From sequence record DRR378314_772: 38,469 bases of DNA, one strand, 5' to 3'. A program made the position numbers and the translations under genes. The notes under the pieces are model-generated. The model was not told the origin of the DNA. It worked only from the letters and a program-made list of their open reading frames with translations, and searched no databases. Below are positions 11,087-21,615 of the stretch, piece after piece; position 1 is the stretch's first letter, and each line of letters starts with the position of its first letter.

Positions 11087-12082
11087 ATGCCTTTTCTTAA
11101 GCTCTGCGGTGCGTTTATTTTGCTGGTTGTAATTACCGGTTGCCAACCTGCACCGGAAAAGGTTAAGAAAACGATTCACGCTGAAAACGGCACCTACGCC
11201 GCTGATATTTCCGACGACGGAAACTATAGCCTAGTCTCTACAGATGAAACTGGCTTACTGCTGTGGCCACGTTATGCCACCAACGCCAAGTACCAATGGC
11301 AGCATAATGAAAACACCGTCTCTCAGATTATAGACGTTGATATTAGCGCCGACGGGGAAGTGGCGGTTGCAGCATCGCGTAAAGAATTCTCCATGTGGGA
11401 TATTAATAACGGCGAAAATCTGGGGTTCTGGCAAATAGGTTCAGGCGAGATACAAAAGCTGGTGGTCAGTAAAAAAGGTGGAACGGTGGTGCTTGGAAAG
11501 CAAGACGGTACACAGGTTGCTTTCAACCCCGCCTCGGGTCGACGTATTGAATTTTATGGGCATACCGAAAGTATTAATGTTCTTGATATTTCGCCCAATG
11601 GTTTTTATGTTCTAAGCGGTTCAAACGACCATTCGGCTATACTGTGGGATACCCGGAGCGGGCAAATTGTGCACCGTTGGCCACTGGAAGGGCGGATCAC
11701 ACAGGTTGCTCTGCACCCTGATGGTCACTTCGCGTTTATCTCAGATGCAATCGATAATTCGATTATTCACTCACTACCAGATGGCGAAATTGCCTCAAAA
11801 CTTAAATTCATAGAGCGCCATAAAATTTTTAGTGCTGCGCGTTTTAGCGCATCCGGTGATTATCTCATTACCGGCTCGCCATCACGTCAAATTGCAATCT
11901 GGGACACCTCGACAGGAGAAGAGCTCACGCACTGGCGGGTAGATTTACGCGACGGAGGACGTCCCAGCAACGCTGCGGTGTTAGCCGTCGTCTTTGATGA
12001 AAAACAGCAACAGGTCATTAGCGAGAGCTCTGCCGGTCTTGCTGAGTGGTGGAATATTGATTTAACAGGTAGTAAAGAATGA
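11087..12082 (+). CDS. WD40-repeat beta-propeller lipoprotein
   Basis: LLVVITGC lipobox; GHTESINVLDISPNG..VLSGSNDHSAILWD and further WD-ending repeats; ATG 11087 follows AAGGA. Confidence 0.85.
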   Translation: MPFLKLCGAFILLVVITGCQPAPEKVKKTIHAENGTYAADISDDGNYSLVSTDETGLLLWPRYATNAKYQWQHNENTVSQIIDVDISADGEVAVAASRKEFSMWDINNGENLGFWQIGSGEIQKLVVSKKGGTVVLGKQDGTQVAFNPASGRRIEFYGHTESINVLDISPNGFYVLSGSNDHSAILWDTRSGQIVHRWPLEGRITQVALHPDGHFAFISDAIDNSIIHSLPDGEIASKLKFIERHKIFSAARFSASGDYLITGSPSRQIAIWDTSTGEELTHWRVDLRDGGRPSNAAVLAVVFDEKQQQVISESSAGLAEWWNIDLTGSKE

Positions 12083-12303
12083 CAGTAGAGAAGATAGAAG
12101 CACAATTAACTAATCTGGAAATGCAGTTAACATTCCAGGAAGACACTATTGATTCACTAAATAAACTAGTTACTGAGCAGACTCAGCAAATGAGTGAAAT
12201 GCAAAAGCAAATTCGCTGGTTAGGAAAGCGCCTAAAACAAATGCAGGAGAATCAGTCGACTGACTCAGATCCGGCAGACGAACCACCCCCTCCTCATTAT
12301 TAA
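12079..12303 (+). CDS. slyX: SlyX family protein
   Basis: LEMQLTFQEDTIDSLN coiled coil and C-terminal EPPPPHY. Confidence 0.93.
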   Translation: MTVEKIEAQLTNLEMQLTFQEDTIDSLNKLVTEQTQQMSEMQKQIRWLGKRLKQMQENQSTDSDPADEPPPPHY

Positions 12304-12318
12304 AGCGTTGGGTTTACC

Positions 12319-12347
12319 TTGACCTTAGCAAATCAGGTCAGTATAAC
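12319..12347 (+). promoter_or_regulatory. sigma70 promoter for prkB
   Basis: TTGACC, 17 nt, TATAAC; 30 nt upstream of the prkB ATG. Confidence 0.65.
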
Positions 12348-12377
12348 AACTGTTCTTATTTAGTTTGCGAGAATGTT

Positions 12378-13277
12378 ATGTCATCAAAGCACCCGATTAT
12401 TGCCGTTACCGGTTCATCAGGAGCAGGAACAACCACCACAGGTCAGGCCGTACGCCATATCTTTCGTTCGTTAGATGTGAGTGCAGCGTTTGTGGAAGGT
12501 GACAGCTTTCATCGCTACTCCCGCCCTGAAATGGACTTGGCTATTCGCAAAGCTCAGGAACAGGGTCGTCATATCAGTTATTTTGGTGCCGAAGCCAACG
12601 ACTTTGACCGGTTAGAATCGTTATTCCGCTCTTATTCGCAAACCGGCAACGGTAAAGTCCGTCGCTATTTACACAGCTTTGATGATGCGGTTCCTTATAA
12701 CCAAATGCCCGGTACTTTCACGCCCTGGGAAGAACTGCCTGAAAGTACCGATGCACTTTTCTATGAGGGCTTGCATGGTGGTGTTTGCGGAGACGGCTAC
12801 GATGTAACTCAATATGTTGATTTATTAATCGGTATGGTGCCCATTGTTAACCTTGAGTGGATCCAGAAATTAATTCGCGATACCTCGGAGCGGGGGCACT
12901 CACGTGAAGCGGTTACCACCAGCATTATTCGCGGCATGGAAGATTACATTCACCATATTGTTCCGCAGTTTTCGCGTACTCATATCAACTTCCAGAGAGT
13001 ACCTACGGTTGATACGTCCAACCCTTTCAGCGCCAAGGATATTCCATCACTGGACGAGAGTTTTGTTGTTATTCGTTTTCGCGGTATTAAGAACGTCGAC
13101 TTCCCATATTACCTGCAGATGATAGACGGCTCGTTTATGTCACGTACCAGCACCCTGGTTGTGCCCGGTGGGAAAATGGCCTTAGCCATGGAGCTTATTC
13201 TGACACCGCTGATTGAACAAATTATGGAAAGGAAAAACCAGGTTCGCCGTCAGGTTGACTGGATATCAAGTAAGTAA
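12378..13277 (+). CDS. prkB: Phosphoribulokinase-like protein (PrkB/YhfF)
   Basis: MS.KHPIIAVTGSSGAGTT, EGDSFH, YEGLHG, INFQRVPTVDTSNPF, VVPGGKM. Confidence 0.95.
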   Translation: MSSKHPIIAVTGSSGAGTTTTGQAVRHIFRSLDVSAAFVEGDSFHRYSRPEMDLAIRKAQEQGRHISYFGAEANDFDRLESLFRSYSQTGNGKVRRYLHSFDDAVPYNQMPGTFTPWEELPESTDALFYEGLHGGVCGDGYDVTQYVDLLIGMVPIVNLEWIQKLIRDTSERGHSREAVTTSIIRGMEDYIHHIVPQFSRTHINFQRVPTVDTSNPFSAKDIPSLDESFVVIRFRGIKNVDFPYYLQMIDGSFMSRTSTLVVPGGKMALAMELILTPLIEQIMERKNQVRRQVDWISSK

Positions 13278-14129
13278 CTACTCACCAACTAACCAGCGAC
13301 TGTGAAAGTTGGCACCTTTATCCTGAGCCAGAGTCTTGCACAACACGGGTAACAGATGCTCGCTGTCCTGTACCACGCCATAAGGCGGATTAACCCAGAG
13401 AAAGCCACAGCCGTGAAGCCCTTTACGCTCATCATTGGTGCGTATATTCAGCTCCATGATCAGAGTCTTAGGCAGATCCGACAAAGCGCCAACGTCGCGA
13501 TGAAAAGCCGCCGTTTTCAGCTCATCTTTAATGGGATACCAAACCGCAAAGCTGCCGCTTTTCCAGCGTTTTAAGCCCTGTTCAAGCGCGCTGACCACAT
13601 CGTCAAACTCCGTGGTGTTTTCAAAAGGCGGGTCAATAAGTACCAAACCACGCTTTTCAGCCGGGGGCAGTTGCGCACGCACAGCCTGATAACCGTCCAT
13701 AGGAGCCAGTATTTGCACTTGTTTGTGTCGCCCCAAGGGGGTGTTTTTAAGAGTCTCTGCGTCTTCTTTATGCAGTTCACAAACAACTAACCGGTCATTT
13801 TCGCGTAAAAATTCAGAAGTTATGACCGGTGAACCGGGGTAATACCGAAGCTTATCCTGCTCTTCGTTTAATTGACGCACGGTGCTTAAGTATGCGGCGG
13901 CTAAAGGCTCTTCAGCTGAGTGCTCAGCAAAACGAACAATGCCCTGCTCAGCTTCAGCAGTTCTTATTGCCTGATCGCCTTGCAAATCGTAGTAGCCGAT
14001 ACCACCGTGGGTATCGAGTACAAAGTAGGGCTTATTCTTTTGCTGAAAATACTCTAGCGCCCGCGCCAACAGCAAATGCTTAAAAACATCGGCAAAATTG
14101 CCAGCATGAAAAATGTGTCGATAATTCAA
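13278..14129 (-). CDS. rlmJ: 23S rRNA (adenine(2030)-N6)-methyltransferase (TTG start)
   Basis: NYRHIFHAGNFADVFKH, DTHGG.G.YDL, YPGSP, RGLVLIDPPFE, WYPIK. Confidence 0.95.
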   Translation of the reverse strand: MNYRHIFHAGNFADVFKHLLLARALEYFQQKNKPYFVLDTHGGIGYYDLQGDQAIRTAEAEQGIVRFAEHSAEEPLAAAYLSTVRQLNEEQDKLRYYPGSPVITSEFLRENDRLVVCELHKEDAETLKNTPLGRHKQVQILAPMDGYQAVRAQLPPAEKRGLVLIDPPFENTTEFDDVVSALEQGLKRWKSGSFAVWYPIKDELKTAAFHRDVGALSDLPKTLIMELNIRTNDERKGLHGCGFLWVNPPYGVVQDSEHLLPVLCKTLAQDKGANFHSRWLVGE

Positions 14130-14132
14130 AGA

Positions 14133-14564
14133 TCAGTCGTCTTGTTGAGGAGATTCAATACGGTAACTGTGGGTGATATTAACCGAAGCTTCCAGCATCT
14201 TAGCCACCGAACAGTACTTGTCGGCTGACAGTTTCACCGCACGCTCTACGTGCTTTTCGTTGATATCGGTGCCCACGACCACGAACTCCAGGTGAATGTC
14301 GGTAAAAACCTTTGGTACTGAATCGGCACGTGTCCCTGACAACTCACAATAACAGCGCTGAAGGTTCTGCTTAGCTTTTTGCAATATGCTGACCACATCA
14401 ACCGATGCGCAACTTCCCGCAGACATTAGCACCATTTCCATAGGGCTGGGCGCCTTGCCCGGGCTGTCACCATCCATAACCACTTGATGACCACTACCTG
14501 AGGTAGCCACAAAAGTCATGCCCTCTACCCAGGTGACCTTTGCATTCATGCTATTTGCTGACAT
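14133..14564 (-). CDS. yhfA: OsmC family protein (YhfA-like)
   Basis: SGSGH.VVMDG, PSPME.VL...GSC..VDVV.IL.K, AV.LSADKYCSV. Confidence 0.88.
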   Translation of the reverse strand: MSANSMNAKVTWVEGMTFVATSGSGHQVVMDGDSPGKAPSPMEMVLMSAGSCASVDVVSILQKAKQNLQRCYCELSGTRADSVPKVFTDIHLEFVVVGTDINEKHVERAVKLSADKYCSVAKMLEASVNITHSYRIESPQQDD

Positions 14565-14593
14565 TGAAGATCCTTGCTGAACTCAATAAAAGA

Positions 14594-14944
14594 CTACAGT
14601 CGGTAACTTTGCAGACGCTCATCGAAAAGGTTTTTTACCAGACCGACAAACTCGTTAATGAAGGCTTCCTGCTGCGGAGTCGGGTGTGTATCCAGAACTT
14701 TCGATAACACTTCTTCTAAATCGTAAACGATAGCATCCGTTTCCCGGACAATATCCAGCCGCACAGCCTCATCAAGCTCATTCTGCTCAAACACTGCCAT
14801 CATGCTTTCTGACAAGCGCTCTTCCATAAAGTCGCGCAAAGTGTAATCCGCAGTTCTTGCGCTGCTACTTTGTTCAGTGAAGACCGGTAACTGACCTGTC
14901 AGGTACTGGATTAACTCAATGTATCCGTCTGTTTCAACTATCAT
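14594..14944 (-). CDS. Conserved acidic hypothetical protein (DUF3802-like, family recalled from memory)
   Basis: 116-aa ORF with RBS; MIVETDGY..LI.YL and E.DAIVYDLEEVL resemble a Vibrio/Shewanella family. Family name not verified. Confidence 0.6.
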   Translation of the reverse strand: MIVETDGYIELIQYLTGQLPVFTEQSSSARTADYTLRDFMEERLSESMMAVFEQNELDEAVRLDIVRETDAIVYDLEEVLSKVLDTHPTPQQEAFINEFVGLVKNLFDERLQSYRL

Positions 14945-14963
14945 CTGTTTCTCTTTGTCACGC

Positions 14964-14991
14964 GGCCAGGCAACCCATACGTTGCCCAGCC
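14964..14991 (-). other. GC-rich stem-loop between astD and the downstream hypothetical gene
   Basis: Minus strand GGCTGGGCAAC-GTATGG-GTTGCCTGGCC with G-U pairs and no U-tract; more likely a stabilising or processing hairpin than a terminator. Confidence 0.5.
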
Positions 14992-15013
14992 ACTAAACTA
15001 GCACAGATTGCGA

Positions 15014-16483
15014 TTAAAATTTAAGCCCTGGTGCTAAACTCTCAGGTAAGCTCATGCTGTCAGCTTCCACAGAGGCGACCGGATACGCGCAATAATCCGC
15101 CGCATAATACGCACTAGCGCGATGATTACCGCTTGCGCCAATACCACCAAAAGGTGCGGCACTGCTGGCACCAGTAATCGGCTTATTCCAATTCACAATA
15201 CCTGCACGAATGTGTTTAAAGAAGTAACGATAGGTTTGTTCATCGTCACACAATACACCAGCAGACAAACCATAACGCGTGTTGTTCGCTTCTTTAATAG
15301 CCGCATCGATATCTTTAAAACGATACACTTTCAATAATGGTCCGAAATGCTCCTCGTCCGGTAAATCTTCAACTCCGGTTACATCCACAATACCCGGAGT
15401 GACAAAGCCTTTCTTCGAATCGGTCTGCTTCATACGAACTAATGACTTAGCTCCTTTATGTAACAGCTCATTCTGTGCATCGACCATTTCGCCCGCAGCT
15501 TTAGCAGAAATCATGGCACCCATGAATGGCTGTGGATCAGCTTCGTAGTCGTCGACCAGAATATTCTCAGTCACTTCAATGAGGCGTTCCAGTACAGCAC
15601 GGCCTTGCTCAGAATCTTCGATGAACAAGCGACGTGCACAAGTGCAGCGCTGACCAGAAGTGATGAAAGCCGATTGCACAATATTGTGCACCGCTGCATC
15701 AACATCAGCCACATTAGTCACCAATAATGGGTTATTACCGCCCATTTCCAGTGCCAGAATTTTATCCGGGCGACCGCCAAACTGTTTGTGTAACAGGTGA
15801 CCAGTGTTTGATGAGCCGGTGAAATACAGACCGTCAATTTGTGGATGCGCTGACAATGCTTTACCCGTATCAACTTCGCCCTGAACCAGGTTGAGAACAC
15901 CCGCTGGAATGCCTGCTTTCTCCCATAACTTCACGGTTTCCTGAGCCACCATAGGAGTCAGTTCGCTTGGCTTGAACACCACAGTGTTACCCGCAATAAG
16001 CGCCGGTACAATGTGCCCGTTAGGCAAATGCCCCGGGAAGTTATAAGGGCCATAAACAGCGACCACACCGTGCGGCTTGTGGCGGATAAAGGCTTTTGCG
16101 CCCGGCATGTCGTTTTCCACGGTACCGGTGCGTTCATGGTAAGCACGCTCGGAAATAGCCACTTTACCCATCATAGCGCCAACTTCGGTGCGAGTTTCCC
16201 AAACGGGTTTGCCGGTTTCTTTAGCCATGGTACGAGCCAGGTGCTCTTTATTTTCTTCCAGCAATTCAGAGAATTTTTGGCAAATAGCCAAGCGTTCTTC
16301 AACACTGCGACCAGACCAGTCCGGAAATGCCGCCCGTGCTGCCAGAATGGCCTTTTCAACCTGAGTTTCACTGGCAGCTTCGCCACTCCAGATAACTTCG
16401 TTTCGTGCTGGATCAATCGATTTGAACAACTGGCCTTCGCCAGCTTCCCAACAACCGTCAATAAATTGAATACTGTTCGTCAT
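15014..16483 (-). CDS. astD: Succinylglutamate-semialdehyde dehydrogenase
   Basis: [55 protein letters not shown]. Confidence 0.97.
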   Translation of the reverse strand: MTNSIQFIDGCWEAGEGQLFKSIDPARNEVIWSGEAASETQVEKAILAARAAFPDWSGRSVEERLAICQKFSELLEENKEHLARTMAKETGKPVWETRTEVGAMMGKVAISERAYHERTGTVENDMPGAKAFIRHKPHGVVAVYGPYNFPGHLPNGHIVPALIAGNTVVFKPSELTPMVAQETVKLWEKAGIPAGVLNLVQGEVDTGKALSAHPQIDGLYFTGSSNTGHLLHKQFGGRPDKILALEMGGNNPLLVTNVADVDAAVHNIVQSAFITSGQRCTCARRLFIEDSEQGRAVLERLIEVTENILVDDYEADPQPFMGAMISAKAAGEMVDAQNELLHKGAKSLVRMKQTDSKKGFVTPGIVDVTGVEDLPDEEHFGPLLKVYRFKDIDAAIKEANNTRYGLSAGVLCDDEQTYRYFFKHIRAGIVNWNKPITGASSAAPFGGIGASGNHRASAYYAADYCAYPVASVEADSMSLPESLAPGLKF

Positions 16484-16497
16484 ACAAATACTCCTGC

Positions 16498-17520
16498 TTA
16501 GAGTGCAACAATGCGGGCTTCATCGCCGCTTTCTAAATGCATTGCCTGGGCTTGTTCTGTCGTCAATATGAGTTCGTCTGCACCTGCTGGTAAAGACAAT
16601 TTGGTTGCGCGGAAGTTCTTCAGTTGCGTGTTGCAGACAATATGAGGAATACCTTCATCTTCCGCTGTAGATCCGCTGACAGTTACCGTCACTAAACGAC
16701 TGTTACGGACACTATTAAGATTACACACTTCGGCTTCAACCGTTGGCCCTGCGTCAAATATATCGACGAAGCCTCTGAACCGGAAACCTTCCGACTCCAA
16801 CAATTTCAGTGCCGGGCGGGTATTGTCGTGAACTTTACCGACAACCGCCTGCGCTTCCTTACTCAACAAGTTGGTATAAATAGGGAAGCGTGGCATCAAT
16901 TCAGAAATAAAGACTTTATCACCAATGCCGCTTAAGTAATCGGCTTTAGGAAAGTCCATCGAGAAAAAGTTCTCTTCCAGCCAGTTCCAGAATGGCGAAT
17001 CCCCATTTTCATCTGAAACACCGCGCATTTCGGCTATTACCCAGTCGCTGAAACGCTGTTTAAACTGCGCTAAAAACAGCATACGGAAACGAGACAAAGT
17101 ACGTCCGTTCATATTGTGCCGGTAGGGTTCACGCAAAAATAGGGTGCATAGCTCAGAAACACCTGTGTAGTCATTACACAAGGTTAAGGTTTCCAGCGCA
17201 TTATAAATATTAAGCTTTTCTGAATGATGCACAACTTTACCCAAACGGTAATGCCAGAAGGCTTCATTCAAACCCACCGCAGCTTCAATACCACTGACAC
17301 CTGCAATAGTACCGGTTTCGGTATCTTCCATAACAAACAGGTAGCTTTCATCGCCCGGTGTTTCAACGGTGTCTTTAGCGAATGCTTTTTGCGCCGCATT
17401 AATGCGGCGCTCCAGCAGCGACTGGTCTACCGGTAAGGAAGTAAAACCATGACCGGATTCAATCGCGCACTGATATAACGCTTCGTAATCTGACGGCTTA
17501 ATGGGTCTGATTAGCAACAT
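16498..17520 (-). CDS. astA: Arginine N-succinyltransferase
   Basis: [44 protein letters not shown]. Confidence 0.97.
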   Translation of the reverse strand: MLLIRPIKPSDYEALYQCAIESGHGFTSLPVDQSLLERRINAAQKAFAKDTVETPGDESYLFVMEDTETGTIAGVSGIEAAVGLNEAFWHYRLGKVVHHSEKLNIYNALETLTLCNDYTGVSELCTLFLREPYRHNMNGRTLSRFRMLFLAQFKQRFSDWVIAEMRGVSDENGDSPFWNWLEENFFSMDFPKADYLSGIGDKVFISELMPRFPIYTNLLSKEAQAVVGKVHDNTRPALKLLESEGFRFRGFVDIFDAGPTVEAEVCNLNSVRNSRLVTVTVSGSTAEDEGIPHIVCNTQLKNFRATKLSLPAGADELILTTEQAQAMHLESGDEARIVAL

Positions 17521-17533
17521 AAAACAGCCTCAG

Positions 17534-18778
<1,245 letters not shown>

Positions 18779-18908
18779 TTAACAAAGGTGTCAACAAATT
18801 CATCTCTAAAAGTAGCCGGCTATTATGCCAAAATTTGTGCAGTTTGTCTGTGATAATTCGGTTATAAATCCCTAACCCCGAGGGTTTACGCTTTTCTTGC
18901 ATAAGATA

Positions 18909-18953
18909 CGAATAGTTATGCTAATGCATACTGAAACCATGAATCTTTAGTCA
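18909..18953. promoter_or_regulatory. Putative ArgR (ARG) boxes upstream of astC
   Basis: CGAATAGTTATGCT (18909-18922) and TGAATCTTTAGTCA (18940-18953) resemble the TGMATAAWWATKCA core. Confidence 0.5.
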
Positions 18954-19078
18954 TTATTTTTTAAGTCACGAAAATGTTTTCTCCGAATTAACATTTAAGT
19001 ACGCAGAATTACATTGATCTTTAACTGGTGTTAATTTAGCCTGATTTATTGAATAAATGTTCGGCAACAGAAGACGTT

Positions 19079-19783
19079 ATGGAAAATCAGACTCCGCCCC
19101 TGAACGCCTCATCTCAACCACAGTTAAAGCTTACCTACTTACGTCCGGGCGACGTAATTGATGTTGAGTTTTCTTCGGCGACCAAGGTGCGCACCAAGCT
19201 TCAGGTTGTGGGCTTTGATACCGGTAACTATTTATTGTTAAAACAGCCGAACCCACGCACTGACGGCAGCTATGCCGATGTGTTATATGAAGGCAACCCG
19301 GTTATTGTTCGCTTGGTTTTAGAGGGAGAAGCGGGTGAATGCCTGGCGTTTAAAACAAAGATCCGGGCCGTCTCGAATATCCCGTTCAGGTTGCTGTATC
19401 TGGATTATCCGAAAGAAATTGAGAATCGCGCACTACGCGCACAGCGGAGGGTTCGAACACACATTCCAGTCGATGTTACTGCTGACGGCAGCCAGACTAA
19501 CACTAAAAAGAAATTGGCCAGTGGTGTTATCGTCGATATCTCTTCTGCCGGGTGTCGAATTGTGTTTAAGGCGCAGAACCAGACAGGTAATGTCACTCAT
19601 ATGAATATAAAAATCAGTATTGGTTCTGGTTCTCAGAAAGAGCCTCTGACTCTTTCAGGTCAAATTATGAATCAGCGCAAAGAGCATGGAATGATAAGTG
19701 TTGGCGTGCGCTTCACTGACGAGGAAGCGCATATCGGTAAAGTATTCGAGCATTTATTAATCGACACCGAGTTTGAGTGCTGA
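19079..19783 (+). CDS. PilZ-domain c-di-GMP receptor, flagellar-brake (YcgR-like) architecture
   Basis: RAQRR (RxxxR) and DISSAG (DxSxxG) motifs after an N-terminal beta domain. ATG 19079 chosen (ORF track opens at TTG 19049). Confidence 0.88.
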   Translation: MENQTPPLNASSQPQLKLTYLRPGDVIDVEFSSATKVRTKLQVVGFDTGNYLLLKQPNPRTDGSYADVLYEGNPVIVRLVLEGEAGECLAFKTKIRAVSNIPFRLLYLDYPKEIENRALRAQRRVRTHIPVDVTADGSQTNTKKKLASGVIVDISSAGCRIVFKAQNQTGNVTHMNIKISIGSGSQKEPLTLSGQIMNQRKEHGMISVGVRFTDEEAHIGKVFEHLLIDTEFEC

Positions 19784-19788
19784 CCTCT

Positions 19789-20961
19789 CTATTCAGGCAC
19801 GACAATTGGCGGGCGTTTTAAGCTCACGTTGTGCAAGCGAGCAACAGTTTCTGATGTTATTGAATGCTTATTGAGTAGATGTTTACCCTCTTCCAGACTG
19901 GCAAGGTCCACTTCCCGCAGCATTCTGAATTCGCAATAAGCATTAGCTTGGGCTAAGGCTTCCGCGTATTCAGATTCATAGCCTTTGTCTTTCGTTTTGC
20001 TTTGCGTAAAAGCCAATAAGTGTTTGCTTACCGGAACACGCTTTAACCCCCAGCCTTCAGCAACCAGATAACTCACGTCTTTATCCTTTTCCAGCATTAA
20101 GTCGCGTAGAAAGCGTTCGTCCGGAGTTAAAGTGACAATAGTATTGTGGCGCTCGGGTGACTTATCGTTAACGCTTTGCATAGCGAATTCACGCTGTACA
20201 TCATCAAATAAACGCAAGTACAGCTTGGTTAAGGCAATTTTCCCCAGTTCATGGAACATACCAATGGTATAGGCTAGAACCGGATCTCGCAGGTTACGCT
20301 CTACCGCAATATTGTGTGCAGCAATAGACGTACCCAGGGAATGCTCCCAAATTTTGCGGCGGAATAAGGTGAAGGGTTGTGTGGCCGGCGGCAACCAGTT
20401 TTGCATAATATAAGCAGGAGCCAGCAGGCGTAGGTTTTCGGTGCCCACAAAGCTCATGGCTACCCTAAGGTTATCAATTTTCACCTGCTTATTCCGGTCG
20501 ATAAACGGTGGTTGATTGACCGTACGGATTAACCCCGTATGAAACCAGTCCATGCCTTGCACAACGGATTCAATCCGGCGCATAGAAGAAGCTTTCATGC
20601 TAAGCGTATCCAGCAATTCAGGTAGCTTTTCAGGTAATGGGATCAAGCGTTCGCGAACGTAGTCACCATCTTCGATGGTTTTCAACGCACGATGATAAAT
20701 CTCTTCATGCAATTCATCGGAAATACGATCGGCGTAACGTTGGCGCGCTTGCGCTTTACGGTCGCGCTCTTCGTAATTCAGACGCTCAACTTCTAAAAGC
20801 TTACGTCGCTGCTCATGCTCTTCGTCGTCGGTACCATCTTCTTTTGAGCGAGTTTTACGCGCAAACGGAAAGCTTATCAGATAGTTGATAAAGCGTTTTT
20901 CTAAGCGCAGGGCGGGATCATTACTACCGCCTTCTGTGGTACCCGCAAAAAAGTGGAACAT
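19789..20961 (-). CDS. HDOD domain protein
   Basis: LRVAMSFVG..NLR, IWEHSL..SIAA, AYTIGMFHELGKIAL, VAEGWGL. Confidence 0.85.
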   Translation of the reverse strand: MFHFFAGTTEGGSNDPALRLEKRFINYLISFPFARKTRSKEDGTDDEEHEQRRKLLEVERLNYEERDRKAQARQRYADRISDELHEEIYHRALKTIEDGDYVRERLIPLPEKLPELLDTLSMKASSMRRIESVVQGMDWFHTGLIRTVNQPPFIDRNKQVKIDNLRVAMSFVGTENLRLLAPAYIMQNWLPPATQPFTLFRRKIWEHSLGTSIAAHNIAVERNLRDPVLAYTIGMFHELGKIALTKLYLRLFDDVQREFAMQSVNDKSPERHNTIVTLTPDERFLRDLMLEKDKDVSYLVAEGWGLKRVPVSKHLLAFTQSKTKDKGYESEYAEALAQANAYCEFRMLREVDLASLEEGKHLLNKHSITSETVARLHNVSLKRPPIVVPE

Positions 20962-21029
20962 GTTACCTCGGTATTAGCTGAACTGCGGCAGTATTATGTT
21001 GAATAAGCAGAGAAAATACTACTTACTGA

Positions 21030-21611
21030 TTATCGTATATAACGTAAAAAATTCGCTAACAGATTATGTCCTTGTGCTGTCATCACAGACTCGGGATGAA
21101 ACTGAACACCAAACAGCGGCAAATGCCGGTGCCTTATTGCCATAATCTCGCGCTGACCTTTTTCGGTTTCTGTATCGGCATCAATGACAAAATCTGTTGA
21201 TAAGCTTTCAGGAGAAACAACAAGGGAATGGTAACGGGTCACTTCTAATGGGTTATTCAGCTGTCGGAAAAGTCCTTCGCCGGAGTGTTTAATCACACTG
21301 GTTTTTCCATGCATAACTTTTTCTGCCCGAACAACGTTTGCACCAAAAACCTGTGCCAATGCCTGATGACCAAGACACACACCTAATATTGGCAGCTTAG
21401 TCTGAAAGTGCTCAATAGCAGCTAAAGATATTCCCGACTCGTTGGGAGTACAGGGGCCAGGTGATATAACAAGTGCTTGCGGCGCTAACTGCTCTATGTC
21501 GGTAAGGGTTAATTCATTATTCCTGAAAACACTAACGTCTTCGCCTAATTCCCGAAAGTAGCGTGCAAGGTTGTGAGTAAATGAATCAAAGTTATCAATT
21601 AAAACAATCAT
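21030..21611 (-). CDS. pabA: Aminodeoxychorismate/anthranilate synthase component II (glutamine amidotransferase)
   Basis: [44 protein letters not shown] 21611. Confidence 0.93.
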   Translation of the reverse strand: MIVLIDNFDSFTHNLARYFRELGEDVSVFRNNELTLTDIEQLAPQALVISPGPCTPNESGISLAAIEHFQTKLPILGVCLGHQALAQVFGANVVRAEKVMHGKTSVIKHSGEGLFRQLNNPLEVTRYHSLVVSPESLSTDFVIDADTETEKGQREIMAIRHRHLPLFGVQFHPESVMTAQGHNLLANFLRYIR

Positions 21612-21615
21612 ACTG

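Noticed and set aside
12378-13277. Phosphoribulokinase as evidence of a Calvin cycle
   Set aside because: PrkB homologues are common in heterotrophic gammaproteobacteria and no RuBisCO/cbb genes are present here
16013-16501. 162-aa antisense ORF in astD, and similar shadow ORFs in the RND, hemE, trpS, prlC and gor genes
   Set aside because: Antisense or alternate-frame ORFs inside highly conserved genes, with no motifs
18960-18990. Possible sigma28 promoter upstream of the PilZ gene
   Set aside because: TAAG...TCCGAATT matches poorly and the spacing is off
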